From: a virus
Virus record (IMG/VR): IMGVR_UViG_3300029267_003703
Span: 1 to 64,000 of that record
Length of the DNA stretch: 64,000 nt
Reading direction: 5' to 3' (one strand)
Below, in pieces: positions 9,608-19,137 of this stretch (position 1 is the stretch's first letter; every line of letters starts with the position of its first letter). Made by a program: the position numbers and the translations under genes. The notes below the pieces were generated by a model. It did not search any database and had not been told where the DNA came from. It worked only from the letters and a program-made list of their open reading frames with translations.

Positions 9608-9634
9608 TCCCCAGCACAAGTAGACCTTCAACAG

Positions 9635-9651
9635 CGGCCACATCGTGGCCG
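9635..9651 (+). promoter_or_regulatory. Leader hairpin immediately 5' of the SD of the DUF932-like gene
   Basis: CGGCCAC-ATC-GTGGCCG perfect 7-bp stem followed by AAGGAG; no U-tract. Confidence 0.5.
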
Positions 9652-9663
9652 AAGGAGACAGCT

Positions 9664-10824
9664 ATGGCCATTCGAATGGTTCACCACGACGGGCGGAACT
9701 ATCAGGACGCGGTTTCGGAAGCCGCCAAGCACGCCCGAGGGAAGATGGAACTGATGCTCGAGCGTGGTGCGCAGCGCACGAAGGAGGCGATGGAGCGCGT
9801 CGAAGCGTCAGTCCCCACAGACTTCATGGACAAGGGCAAGGACCTCGAGTTGGAGCTCAAGCGGCACGAGGTCGAAGGCAAGACGATCTTCAACCTGCTC
9901 ATGCAGGGCAAGTACGTGCCGGGCGGCACCACCATCCACCGTCACGCCCTCGGTCAGATCCGGGAGCGTTCGGGCGCCCCTGACATGAAGTACATCGACC
10001 GGATGCTCGCCGGCAACGAGGACCAGCAGGACCGCGTCGTCGACTTGCTCAATGAGCATCTTCACAAGGACGTCGGGGACGACCGCAACTTGGTGCGGAC
10101 GGTGAACTCTCAGGCGCTCGGGTTCTTGTCCGACCAGTACAAGCGGTTCGACAGCCCCTCCCTCTTCAACCTGTTCCTCGACGTGGCGCAGAAGAACGGC
10201 GCCGTGCTCGTCGGGGGCGACAGCACGTCTATTCGGCACACCATGCGCGCCTTCATTCCTCACGTCTTTGAGCCCGTGAAGGACGAGGTCCTTTGCATCG
10301 GCGTGGAGATGCTCAATGGCGACTTCGGCGGTAGCCGGTTCGTCGTGCGCATGATCATCAACCGTCTGTGGTGCACGAACTTGGCGACGATGATGCACGG
10401 GATCAAGAAGACGCACATCGGCGCCAGGCTGCCCGAGGACGTCGTGTTCAGCGACAAGACCATGAAGCTCGACACGGAGCTGCTGGTCAGTGCCAGCAAC
10501 GACGTCATCAAGTCGATGCTTCAGCCCGAGCGGGTCGACGCGGTTCTGCAGGCCATCAAGACGGCCTCCGAGGCGGAGCTCGAGTGGCGGGACGCGGAGA
10601 AGCTCCTCGCCAAGCATCTGCGCAAGCCCGAGCTCGAGATGGCGCAGCAGATGTTCGAGACCAAGCAAGACGACCCGACCGGGCCGGTACCCCCCGCCAA
10701 GAGCTTCTACAAGGCCGCCCAGATTCTGTCGTGGCAGGCCAACCAGGTGGAGGGCGAGCGGCGGCTCGACCTGATGCAGGCTTCCGGTCAGCTCATGGAC
10801 AGGTTCCTGCCCAAGGCCGCCTGA
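9664..10824 (+). CDS. DUF932-like phage/plasmid protein
   Basis: LVRT....LGFLSDQYKRFD and NGDFGGSRF.V..IINRLWCTN motifs typical of the DUF932 family; strong SD. Confidence 0.7.
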   Translation: MAIRMVHHDGRNYQDAVSEAAKHARGKMELMLERGAQRTKEAMERVEASVPTDFMDKGKDLELELKRHEVEGKTIFNLLMQGKYVPGGTTIHRHALGQIRERSGAPDMKYIDRMLAGNEDQQDRVVDLLNEHLHKDVGDDRNLVRTVNSQALGFLSDQYKRFDSPSLFNLFLDVAQKNGAVLVGGDSTSIRHTMRAFIPHVFEPVKDEVLCIGVEMLNGDFGGSRFVVRMIINRLWCTNLATMMHGIKKTHIGARLPEDVVFSDKTMKLDTELLVSASNDVIKSMLQPERVDAVLQAIKTASEAELEWRDAEKLLAKHLRKPELEMAQQMFETKQDDPTGPVPPAKSFYKAAQILSWQANQVEGERRLDLMQASGQLMDRFLPKAA

Positions 10825-10827
10825 TTC

Positions 10828-10856
10828 TTGAGCGCGGCCGCCGGCGCTGGTAGTCT
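10828..10856 (+). promoter_or_regulatory. Sigma70-type promoter TTGAGC-N17-TAGTCT with extended -10 (TGG)
   Basis: Consensus spacing; ATG 10 nt downstream without a clear SD. Confidence 0.6.
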
Positions 10857-10866
10857 TCACCTCGGA

Positions 10867-11067
10867 ATGGCTACCAGCGCACGGCTCGAACGACTGACGC
10901 AACTTCAAGCCTCTGTTCAGAAGTGGGCGGACAACAGACGCGAGAAGATTCAAAAGATCATTGATTCCCACAAGAAGATGTTGAAGTCTCGGGGTAGTAC
11001 GGCCAGCCGCGCCTCTGAAGCGGCTGAGTCAATCGTGGTCGATGAGATCACGGACTTCCTATCGTGA
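10867..11067 (+). CDS. 66-aa coiled-coil hypothetical protein
   Basis: MATSARLERL...; helical heptads; GTGA overlap with next gene. Confidence 0.7.
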   Translation: MATSARLERLTQLQASVQKWADNRREKIQKIIDSHKKMLKSRGSTASRASEAAESIVVDEITDFLS

Positions 11068-11075
11068 GGCCCCCG

Positions 11076-11372
11076 ATGACAGAAGAAGTTCCCAAGAAGG
11101 TGATTGAGGACGCGGACAAGTACCAGCTTTTGCTGCTGGCCAGCCAGTACCAGAACCTCCAGCTCCAGCTTCAGGTCTTGCAGCGCGACGCCCTCACGGC
11201 GCAGCAGCAGATCGCCAAGAAGCAGCAGGAGCTGGTGGACTTCCGAAGGCATGTCGGGGAGAAGTACGAGGTCGACTTGACCAAGATGACGCTCGACCCC
11301 GAGACCAGCGAGTTCGTTCCCATCCCGGCGAACATCCCCTTCCAAGTGCAGAAACCAGAAGGTGCAGGATGA
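11076..11372 (+). CDS. Coiled-coil hypothetical protein (resembles 40767..41150)
   Basis: Gln/Leu heptads followed by EKYEVDL..LDPETSEFV. Confidence 0.75.
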   Translation: MTEEVPKKVIEDADKYQLLLLASQYQNLQLQLQVLQRDALTAQQQIAKKQQELVDFRRHVGEKYEVDLTKMTLDPETSEFVPIPANIPFQVQKPEGAG

Positions 11373-12316
11373 GAGTTTACCCCGGCGTCGCCTCCTTTTC
11401 TCTTTACCTACCGACTTCCGATTGGGAGGGGAGGTACAACGCCTACGGCGTGGAGGTCAGCCGGGGCAACAGCGGTGTGTACGAGCCCATGACGGTGGGC
11501 GTGACGTACTCGCAGGCCAGCTTCCAGATCCCGGAGCTCGTGCAGTACGACGTGGCGGGCAGGAATCTGGAGCTGCTCGTCAACGGAAGCCAAGAGGTCA
11601 CCGTCTCGTTCACGAGTCCTGACCCTGCGGACGTGCTCGCCGCGTTGGTGGGCGCGGCACCCTCCATCATGACGGCCGAGAACGTGGACGGCAGCATCGT
11701 CGTCAGCACAGTCAGCACGGGCATCGGGTCGTCCCTACAGATCGTCGGCGGGGACGCGGCGCCGGCGCTGTACCACGACACTACGGTGCCGACGAAGGTC
11801 TTCTACGGCACGGACGCCCATCGCCCCCTTACCGCGGGGGTGCAGACCTACCAGTTCGTGGACCCGTTCCGCTCCGACACCAACGTCTACCGCTTCTACT
11901 ACTTCAACACGCTCACCTCGGCCCGCGGCCCGCTCAGCCCTGACTACTCGGGCAGAGCGTCGTACAAGCGGCCGCGCGAGGAGATGATCGTCGGATCGCT
12001 CGAGCTGCTCGATTCACAGGGCAGGCCCAGGACGAACAAGGAAGTTCTCGTTTACGTGGACCGGGACCCGTCGAATCGAATCATCACGCCCGACAAGGTG
12101 CAGGCGTGGACCGATGATACCGGAACGGTGTCGTTCCTGTTGCTGCGCGGGCTCGAGTGCACCTTGTCGATCGTGGGCACCGGCCTGATGCGCAAGATCC
12201 GGGTCCCCGCGGAGGGAGAGACGTTCAACCTGCTCGCGCCTGAGGTCGGCGTCGAGCCGGACAACTTCCAGGTGCAGGTACCGAACATCCAGGTGGGCGC
12301 TCGAAGGACTTTGTGA
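11369..12316 (+). CDS. Putative virion structural protein (beta-rich)
   Basis: 315-aa ORF, ATGA-coupled; beta-sandwich-like composition. Confidence 0.7.
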   Translation: MRVYPGVASFSLYLPTSDWEGRYNAYGVEVSRGNSGVYEPMTVGVTYSQASFQIPELVQYDVAGRNLELLVNGSQEVTVSFTSPDPADVLAALVGAAPSIMTAENVDGSIVVSTVSTGIGSSLQIVGGDAAPALYHDTTVPTKVFYGTDAHRPLTAGVQTYQFVDPFRSDTNVYRFYYFNTLTSARGPLSPDYSGRASYKRPREEMIVGSLELLDSQGRPRTNKEVLVYVDRDPSNRIITPDKVQAWTDDTGTVSFLLLRGLECTLSIVGTGLMRKIRVPAEGETFNLLAPEVGVEPDNFQVQVPNIQVGARRTL

Positions 12317-12573
12317 TGGCTGAGGTGGTCATCTTCCATCAGGACCTGCATTCCAGGGCCGCGTCTGGCTGGAAGCACAAGACCACCAAGTTCGCCCCTG
12401 GCACGTCCGTCAAGTACTACCTAGCGCGCTTCCCCGGGCTGTCCGGATCGAGAACGAACAGGCAACTGAGGGTAGGCAAGTTGCAGGAGGGAAAGAGGGT
12501 CTGGGTGAAGGTTCGGACGAGCTACGTTTTGAAAGAGGGGGAGAACATCGCCCTCACACCGAAGGAGTGGTGA
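12316..12573 (+). CDS. Small basic protein with ubiquitin-like (ThiS/MoaD beta-grasp) pattern lacking C-terminal GG
   Basis: PGTSVKYYL...LRVG...YVLKEGENIALTP resembles the ThiS/MoaD G.TV..LL...L..GD.I...P pattern; ends PKEW. Confidence 0.5.
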   Translation: MAEVVIFHQDLHSRAASGWKHKTTKFAPGTSVKYYLARFPGLSGSRTNRQLRVGKLQEGKRVWVKVRTSYVLKEGENIALTPKEW

Positions 12574-12576
12574 CCC

Positions 12577-13464
12577 ATGCCGTTCGTCAACGTCAAGCTG
12601 CACACGGTCGAAAAGCAAGGCACCCACGAGCACATCCCGAACGTGTCCGTCCGCCTGTTCAACCAGTGGGGCAGCGCTCTTCTGACCATGTACGACAGCG
12701 GGCCCACCGGCGTCGTCGAGACCATCGTGCCTACGGAGCTCGGCCCGTTCACGGCGCGCATGTTCAAGATCGGGTACGCTTGGGGCCCGCCAGTGGCGCT
12801 CGACATCACTGAGGACAGCGAGTGGGATCTGTACGGCGAGAAGCTCAAGGACCCGGTCTCCGCAGACCCTCGCGTGTGCGTGGCCAGCGGCTACTTCCGG
12901 GACGCCACGAACCAGCCACATGTCGGCATCGACTTGCACTTCCTGCCCGTGTTCGACCCTCTGCTCGTCGACGGCAACGCAGTGCTCAAGGAGCGCACCC
13001 TCGTGCACTCGGACGAGGACGGCTACATCGAGATCCCATTGATCCGCGGTGCCCAGTACGAGGTGACCATCGAAGGCATCGACGAGTGCACGCGACGGAT
13101 CAACGTCCCCGACCAGTTTTCTTGCAATCTACCGGATCTGCTGTTCGCGTTCGTCAAGACAGTCTTGGTGGTGCCGAACCCGGCCGAGCTCGCCGTCGGC
13201 GCCGCGCTCGACTTGGACGTGACGGTCCTGGCATCCAGCGGTGTCCCGCTCGATGGGACGGCCACTTCTGACGTCCTTTGGACCTTGGAGCAGTCCGTTA
13301 CCAACCCCGTCGTCGGCATGAACGTCCTGCCGGACAAGATCACGCTCACGGGGCTCGTGCCCGGCGCCGCCCGTCTCATCCCACAACGGATCGACCAGTC
13401 CATCATCTCGATCCCCTATCAGCCGCTGAATCTCCAGTCGGTACCCATCACGGTGATTCCATGA
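12577..13464 (+). CDS. Putative virion structural protein (Ig/prealbumin-like beta domains)
   Basis: 295 aa, SD AAGGAG; HSDEDGYIEIPLIRGAQYEVTI resembles WTDDTGTVSFLLLRGLECTLSI in 11369..12316. Confidence 0.7.
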   Translation: MPFVNVKLHTVEKQGTHEHIPNVSVRLFNQWGSALLTMYDSGPTGVVETIVPTELGPFTARMFKIGYAWGPPVALDITEDSEWDLYGEKLKDPVSADPRVCVASGYFRDATNQPHVGIDLHFLPVFDPLLVDGNAVLKERTLVHSDEDGYIEIPLIRGAQYEVTIEGIDECTRRINVPDQFSCNLPDLLFAFVKTVLVVPNPAELAVGAALDLDVTVLASSGVPLDGTATSDVLWTLEQSVTNPVVGMNVLPDKITLTGLVPGAARLIPQRIDQSIISIPYQPLNLQSVPITVIP

Positions 13465-13988
13465 ATCATGAGGACATGTTCGAGAACCCGGCCCTGCGGC
13501 GAATCCCCATGGCGCCGGCCATCGCTGCTCTGCGCATCGCAATGAGCCACCCACCCACGCACTACGTCGTCTCGCACGCGGTCATGAAGCTGCTCGAGAA
13601 GTGGCTGCTCACGGGCAAGAAGGAGCCGCTGCTCCTGCACATGAACACGTTGCAGGACGAGGTGGAGCGTGCGCGCAAGTCCTTCTTGGTCTGGGAGAAG
13701 GAGCCCGATCCTCCCCCGGTCAAGAAGAAGGGCGTCACGATCAAGCCCAAGAAGCCGAAGGGCCCCTTGTACACGTACATGGCGACCAGGGCCCTTTTGT
13801 GCGCAACGACGGTCGCCATCAACGGCAACCCCGAAGAGATGGTGGACATGCTCGAATGTCTCGACGACGTCCCAAGCTCGTACGGAGACTCCGATGGAGA
13901 AGACGCCGAGTCGCTCACATCCGTGCTCGAGAGCCTCGACATGATCTTTCATCGGAGTCACTGGGCGAAGATAGCAAAGGCTTCCTAA
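13461..13988 (+). CDS. Hypothetical protein
   Basis: ATGA-coupled start MNHEDMFENP; typical codon usage. Confidence 0.7.
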   Translation: MNHEDMFENPALRRIPMAPAIAALRIAMSHPPTHYVVSHAVMKLLEKWLLTGKKEPLLLHMNTLQDEVERARKSFLVWEKEPDPPPVKKKGVTIKPKKPKGPLYTYMATRALLCATTVAINGNPEEMVDMLECLDDVPSSYGDSDGEDAESLTSVLESLDMIFHRSHWAKIAKAS

Positions 13989-14506
13989 GCCTCCCGTCCG
14001 GGCAGCCGCTCGCGACGTACAGGCAGGAGGTCTCCGACTCCTTCTCGGAGGAGTATCCGGAGCCCTTTGACCCTGAGCACTACCTGTATCACGCCCGCTT
14101 GTTGTGGGTGGGCGTGATACGTCGCGCCATTCGAGACTGGGTGCTCAACCGTCGGAGCAAGGTTTTGTCCAAACGGGCCGTTGCTCGCGACGCGTACATC
14201 TGGCTCTTCGTGGAGGGGCCAGGGCACCCTCATTGGCGCGAGCGCGGGGAGGAGGGGGTCATCATGAGCTTCTTGGGCCTGTGCAAGGCCATGGACCTGG
14301 ACCCCGTGGCTCTGCGAGAGGGCATCAAGCTGCTCGACAAGGACAGCATGAAGAGCCGCATGTCTGAGACCAGGCAGAACGTGTCGGAGAGCGACTCGTA
14401 CAGCAGCTCCGTGCCCTGCCTGTGCCACGGGCTGCTTATCGACGACGACGAGTTGCCGAGCGATACTTCCTCGGACTACTACGACTACGTCGTCGGCGAG
14501 GACTAG
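13961..14506 (+). CDS. Conserved-looking phage protein (LW..VI.RAI.D...A..WLF...SF..LC..LDP..LR); start uncertain
   Basis: Motif recalled from phage helical regulator-like proteins; no canonical start near the upstream stop; CTG at 13961 chosen tentatively. Confidence 0.6.
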   Translation: MGEDSKGFLSLPSGQPLATYRQEVSDSFSEEYPEPFDPEHYLYHARLLWVGVIRRAIRDWVLNRRSKVLSKRAVARDAYIWLFVEGPGHPHWRERGEEGVIMSFLGLCKAMDLDPVALREGIKLLDKDSMKSRMSETRQNVSESDSYSSSVPCLCHGLLIDDDELPSDTSSDYYDYVVGED

Positions 14507-17065
14507 ATGCCCTACACCACACAAGAGATAGAGGATGCGGTCGCCAAGTTCCTGCGCCCCGAGGTACGGCACCCCGTGGATGCGGCGAGCGGGGTACGCA
14601 AGACGGACGTGTCCTTCACGGACCTGCAGGAGGCGGCGGCGAGCGTGTTCGTCATGGAGCCGGACTCCGTCTTCTACGTGACGTACTTGGCGTCGAAGAA
14701 GACGGTGAGTCCCGTGAACACGCTGCGAGACGACGTCCAGGAGATCTACGACCAGTTCGACAGTCTGCTTCGACAGCCTCCGCAACCCCTCGACGACCTG
14801 AGCACCCTGGCCAACGCGGCCTCTGCCCTGACGAAGATGGAGGCGGTGTCGAAGAACTCCGCCCCCAAGAATCTGTCGACCGTGTCCTCCTACGCGCTGT
14901 ACGAGACGAACGTCAACCAGTTCTTGGAGAGGATCAAACCCAGCATCGTCCACAACTCGGACGTGGTGCAGACCACCAAGGATCTGCGGTCCACATTGCC
15001 GGGGCGCGTCGCGGGGCTGTCGGCTCAGCTCCAAGACATCACGACGCGCGTCCAGTTCATGCACGCGGCCCTCGACGACTACCAGGCGCTCAAGCTGCCC
15101 AGCGTCTTGACCACGAACGTGCTGACGCGTGCCCGACGGCTCGTGAACAACCGCTACGTGGAACTCGAGAGCAAGACGCTCGAAGAGAGGCAGGAGGGGC
15201 TGCGGGACCTGGCACTGGAGCTCATCAGCTCCAAGGGCGTCGTCAGGCAGCTCGGGCAGTTCTCGTCGCCCACGGATCGGGTGACCATGGTCGGTTCGGC
15301 CAGCGGCTTTGCCGACGCCGACCACCCGTGCGAGCCGGCGAATGTGGAGACCCTTTCGGACCGCCTCAATGTCCAGGCCGCCGCCAATGTCCTGACCTTC
15401 GAGCTCAACGGCGGGGCCCCGTTCAACGTGACCTTGCCGGTGACTTCGGACGAGATCGTGTTGCGCGGAAGCGCGTTTGAGCCCTTCAACATCAGCGGGG
15501 GGACGCCTGCGCACATCGAGCAGCGGGCAGTGCAAGCGCCGTACACGTTCTCTGTCCTGTCCGAGCTCCACCTGACGGTGAGGACCGCTACTACACCCAC
15601 CGGGGACTTGCAGGTCGACATTCCTGCCGGCACCTACACGGACGGTCAGTTGGCGGCGGTCATCAACGGCGGCATCACTGCGTCGGCTTTCGCTGGGCAG
15701 TTTTTTGCCTTCGCGTTGGTGGGCGGGGGCTTCGCTATTGAGTCGTCCGCCCTTGGCCCTCTCAACTTCATCGCCGTGTCGAACGGTGCTGCAAACGCCG
15801 CTCTCGGTCTGACGGCGGGGCAGAACGGCTCGGGCACGCTGGACAACAGCTTCATGGAAGTGCGAACAGGGGTCAGCACGGCCTTCATCGCACTGACCAC
15901 GGGGGTCAGGTCTGCGCAAGACGTAGTCGATGAGATCAACGCGGTGCTCATCCCCTCCTCTGTGAGCGCCGAAGCGCGCGTGGTTGAAGTGTACCCGTCG
16001 GCGGGCAACAAGCAGTACATCGTCGAGGTCTTCAGCTCAGACACCGCGCCCGGCGCCGATCTCGAAGTCACGGGTGTCCGAGAGTCTCTCGGCATGCAGG
16101 GCGTCGCGGGGCGGGGGGACGGGCTGTTCACCATCGACTCTCTTGAGGGGGCGCTACGAGGTTCCGCAGCGCTCACCGCGGAAGTCGACATCGAGTCGGT
16201 GGAGACGTCTGGGGCCCGTAAGCTCGTGCTCACGTCGAAGGACACGACGGCCAGCTCGGCCATCTCCGTGTCCGGTTCAGCCGCCTCGGCTACGTTCTCC
16301 ACGACCATCAGCATCGGCACTTCTTCGTGGGTGCAGATGTCGGACCCTTCGAAGGAGGTGAAGTCCGGCGACCTGTTTCAGTACCGAGACCAGCTCGGCA
16401 ACTTGGTGCTCGAGGAGCCTATCGTGTCGGTGAGCGAAGACCTGCTTCAGCTCACGACTCCGCTGCCCGTTACCGCGACCGTTCCTTTCACCCCCGCGCC
16501 CGTCTGGGTGACCATCGCCCGCGCCGGCAACTCCGCCTTCACAGCCTTCCAGGCTGGGTTGGAGCTTTGGATGTCGCGAGACTTCACTCAAACACTGAGT
16601 GAGCTGACGCGCTACGCGAACGCCACGCTGGCCGACAAGAATCCATCAAGCGCGGAGATAAGTGCAGTGAAGGGGCAACTACAGGTGATCCTCGACGCCT
16701 TGGACGCTCTCGTTCCCGTGCTCGAGGGCTACAGCATCAGCAGCTCTGCTGGTATCACCGACCTCATCCGCGACTACTCCGAGAAGGGGGCCGACCGCGC
16801 GCTCGACACGCTGCTCGAGTGCCGGTTCGGCGACTTCTTCGGCATGAGCGCAGACGACTCTTCTTACGCCGGCAACTTGATGTCCGGCCTCCGGGACCTG
16901 GCCCGCATGGACTACCCCATCGACCGGCGCGATCGGCTCCGTGGGGGGGAGGAGCGGGTGTTCGCGAGAACAGAGGGAGAAGACCCGGAGTTCGAGTACG
17001 ACGAATCCCAGCTGGATCCAGGCTTCTACAGCCCGGACGAAGTTGGCCAGCCCGACACGTTCTAG
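14507..17065 (+). CDS. 852-aa virion structural protein (helical ends, repeated beta/alpha domains)
   Basis: Long ORF; internal repeats IPAGTYTDGQLAAVIN / LTTGVRSAQDVVDEIN; TAG TAA double stop. Confidence 0.75.
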   Translation: MPYTTQEIEDAVAKFLRPEVRHPVDAASGVRKTDVSFTDLQEAAASVFVMEPDSVFYVTYLASKKTVSPVNTLRDDVQEIYDQFDSLLRQPPQPLDDLSTLANAASALTKMEAVSKNSAPKNLSTVSSYALYETNVNQFLERIKPSIVHNSDVVQTTKDLRSTLPGRVAGLSAQLQDITTRVQFMHAALDDYQALKLPSVLTTNVLTRARRLVNNRYVELESKTLEERQEGLRDLALELISSKGVVRQLGQFSSPTDRVTMVGSASGFADADHPCEPANVETLSDRLNVQAAANVLTFELNGGAPFNVTLPVTSDEIVLRGSAFEPFNISGGTPAHIEQRAVQAPYTFSVLSELHLTVRTATTPTGDLQVDIPAGTYTDGQLAAVINGGITASAFAGQFFAFALVGGGFAIESSALGPLNFIAVSNGAANAALGLTAGQNGSGTLDNSFMEVRTGVSTAFIALTTGVRSAQDVVDEINAVLIPSSVSAEARVVEVYPSAGNKQYIVEVFSSDTAPGADLEVTGVRESLGMQGVAGRGDGLFTIDSLEGALRGSAALTAEVDIESVETSGARKLVLTSKDTTASSAISVSGSAASATFSTTISIGTSSWVQMSDPSKEVKSGDLFQYRDQLGNLVLEEPIVSVSEDLLQLTTPLPVTATVPFTPAPVWVTIARAGNSAFTAFQAGLELWMSRDFTQTLSELTRYANATLADKNPSSAEISAVKGQLQVILDALDALVPVLEGYSISSSAGITDLIRDYSEKGADRALDTLLECRFGDFFGMSADDSSYAGNLMSGLRDLARMDYPIDRRDRLRGGEERVFARTEGEDPEFEYDESQLDPGFYSPDEVGQPDTF

Positions 17066-17092
17066 TAACCAGTACAACAGAAGGAGGAAGAC

Positions 17093-17308
17093 ATGGGCTA
17101 CTCTGCTCAGATGAGCAAGCTCAATGCGGAGCACTACGTTTGGATCCGGGAGTTGATCACTCCCCACGCTACGGACGCAGGCATCGGCCCCGAGTTTGAC
17201 CTGTACCGCATCTCCAGCACCGGCCCTCCCACGAGCCTGGTCACTTTCACGGTCGGGGACGCCAGCGGGTGCATCGACGTGACTTTCCGATCACAGGACA
17301 TCGAGTAA
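17093..17308 (+). CDS. Hypothetical protein
   Basis: Strong SD AAGGAGG; first gene of a coupled run. Confidence 0.65.
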   Translation: MGYSAQMSKLNAEHYVWIRELITPHATDAGIGPEFDLYRISSTGPPTSLVTFTVGDASGCIDVTFRSQDIE

Positions 17309-17565
17309 TGACCGACGACGAGCGCGACCTTCTACGCTGCGCGGCGCTGCTTCGGCAGTTCGTGACAGAGGCTATGGAGCAGCTGGGCGCGCCCGGTAAG
17401 GACAACGTCAAGGACGCGCTCAAGTACCTCAAGGACCGGCAGGTAACCGCTGTTTACCCGCTGGAGCCCTTCGATGACGAGGACACCGAAGCCGCGGCTC
17501 ACCGCATCTTCGGCAACTACATCTACAACCAGGTCTTCGATAGACCGCCGTGGAGAAGAAAGTAA
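17308..17565 (+). CDS. Hypothetical protein
   Basis: TAATG overlap start MTDDERDLL. Confidence 0.7.
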   Translation: MTDDERDLLRCAALLRQFVTEAMEQLGAPGKDNVKDALKYLKDRQVTAVYPLEPFDDEDTEAAAHRIFGNYIYNQVFDRPPWRRK

Positions 17566-17831
17566 TGGCAAGAATCATCACCAAAGAGCAGTTCTTGGCC
17601 CACGCGGCCGTTCGCGCTCTTCTTCTACCGATGCTCGTCACAGACCCTGACGAGTCCGACAGGCGGCAGCTCCTGCTCGCCCGCGCCGACAAGCTGATCG
17701 GCCTCGACCCCCGGGACCGCACTCGCAGCACTTCCATGAAGGTCGCCGAGGAGATCCTCCAGATGTTCGAGGGCGAGATCGTGGGGGAGTCCACACGCCC
17801 CGAGCAGCCGACCGTTCCGGAGGGCGCATGA
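17565..17831 (+). CDS. Hypothetical protein
   Basis: TAATG overlap start MARIITKEQF. Confidence 0.7.
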   Translation: MARIITKEQFLAHAAVRALLLPMLVTDPDESDRRQLLLARADKLIGLDPRDRTRSTSMKVAEEILQMFEGEIVGESTRPEQPTVPEGA

Positions 17832-18394
17832 TCATCCTCCTCGACTGCGACGATGTCCTTGCGCAGTTCACCCAGGGCGTCATCGATGTGCTGAACGCCA
17901 AGGGCGGCTACGACTTCGACATCAACGACTGCACCGACTGGGACATGGCCCATTCGTTGGGCATCTCCAACAACTCCGTCTTCGGCATCGCCAGCGAGGA
18001 GGACTTCTGCACGAACCTCAACATGATGCCGGGCGCGCAGGAGGCGGTGGAGAAGCTCAAGGCGTACGGCCCCCTGTACGTGGTGACTTCCCCCATCCAC
18101 ACCTCGAAGACTTGGCAGTTCGAGCGAACCAGGTGGCTCTGGGAGCACTTTGAGATCAGGGCGTCGAACGTCATCCATGCCAGCGCCAAGCGACTCATCC
18201 GAGGTGACTTCTTCGTCGACGACCGTGCTGACCACGTCGAGGCTTGGCAGGAAGAGAACGAAGACGGCTGGGCTTTCGTACTCGATGTGCCTTGGCCCCG
18301 GCAACAGGAGGTGCAGGACATCCACAGGTGCAGAAACTGGGATGAGCTGTTGATGCACGCCAACGAGTGCTGGGAGAGGGAAGGGAAGCGATGA
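17828..18394 (+). CDS. 5'(3')-deoxyribonucleotidase (NT5C-type HAD phosphatase)
   Basis: ILLDCDDVL HAD motif I, VVTSP motif II, K..I.GDFFVDDR motifs III/IV. Confidence 0.88.
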   Translation: MIILLDCDDVLAQFTQGVIDVLNAKGGYDFDINDCTDWDMAHSLGISNNSVFGIASEEDFCTNLNMMPGAQEAVEKLKAYGPLYVVTSPIHTSKTWQFERTRWLWEHFEIRASNVIHASAKRLIRGDFFVDDRADHVEAWQEENEDGWAFVLDVPWPRQQEVQDIHRCRNWDELLMHANECWEREGKR

Positions 18395-19137
18395 TCATCG
18401 GACTGACTGGGTACCCGCCCGGCGGCAGTGGCAAGAGCACCGTCGCCGACTTCTTGTGCAAGGAGTACGGCTTCGTCGAGGTGGCTTTGGCCGACCCCCT
18501 CAAGCGCATCTGCGCGCAGGTGTATGGGTGGCCCGAAGACGTTCTGTGGGGGCCGAGCGAGAACCGCAACGTACCGGACCCGCTGTACCCTCGGCACAAG
18601 TACAATCCCAAGTTCTCGACCAATCAGGACGGGGTACCGGGGATATACTTTGACACGTACGATGGTCGACGGTTCGAACCGCAGTACCTCACCCCCCGCC
18701 ACGCGCTTCAGCAGATCGGGGACTGGGGGCGCGGTTGCTACGAGGACACGTGGGTGGACATCGCGCTCCGCGACTGCAAACGGCTGCTCGGCCCGCAGAA
18801 CCTCAAGTACGACCGGAAGCGCGGGGTCTACCTAGAGGACGATCGGCGTACCTGGGACGAGCAGGAGTACGACGACATCCGCGGGGCCGTCATCTCGGAC
18901 GTCCGCTACGACTCCGAGGCCAGGGCCATCAGGAACACCGGCGGGAAGATCTGGGCCATCATCAGACCCGGCGCCGGGTTCAAGGGCGAAGCAGGCAAGC
19001 ACTCTTCGGAGGCGGGCATCTCTGAGGAGCTCGTAGACTTCTGCGTCAAGAACGACAAGGGGTTCGGCTGGCTCAGGCAGCAAGTGCGGACTCTCATGAA
19101 CCAGGAGAAAAAGAATGCCGAAAGTAGAGGAGTATGA
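18391..19137 (+). CDS. Deoxynucleoside monophosphate kinase (T4 gp1-like)
   Basis: IIGLTG...GSGKST P-loop, ALADPLK, TPRHALQQIG, VISDVRY..E, HSSE motifs. Confidence 0.9.
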   Translation: MIIGLTGYPPGGSGKSTVADFLCKEYGFVEVALADPLKRICAQVYGWPEDVLWGPSENRNVPDPLYPRHKYNPKFSTNQDGVPGIYFDTYDGRRFEPQYLTPRHALQQIGDWGRGCYEDTWVDIALRDCKRLLGPQNLKYDRKRGVYLEDDRRTWDEQEYDDIRGAVISDVRYDSEARAIRNTGGKIWAIIRPGAGFKGEAGKHSSEAGISEELVDFCVKNDKGFGWLRQQVRTLMNQEKKNAESRGV

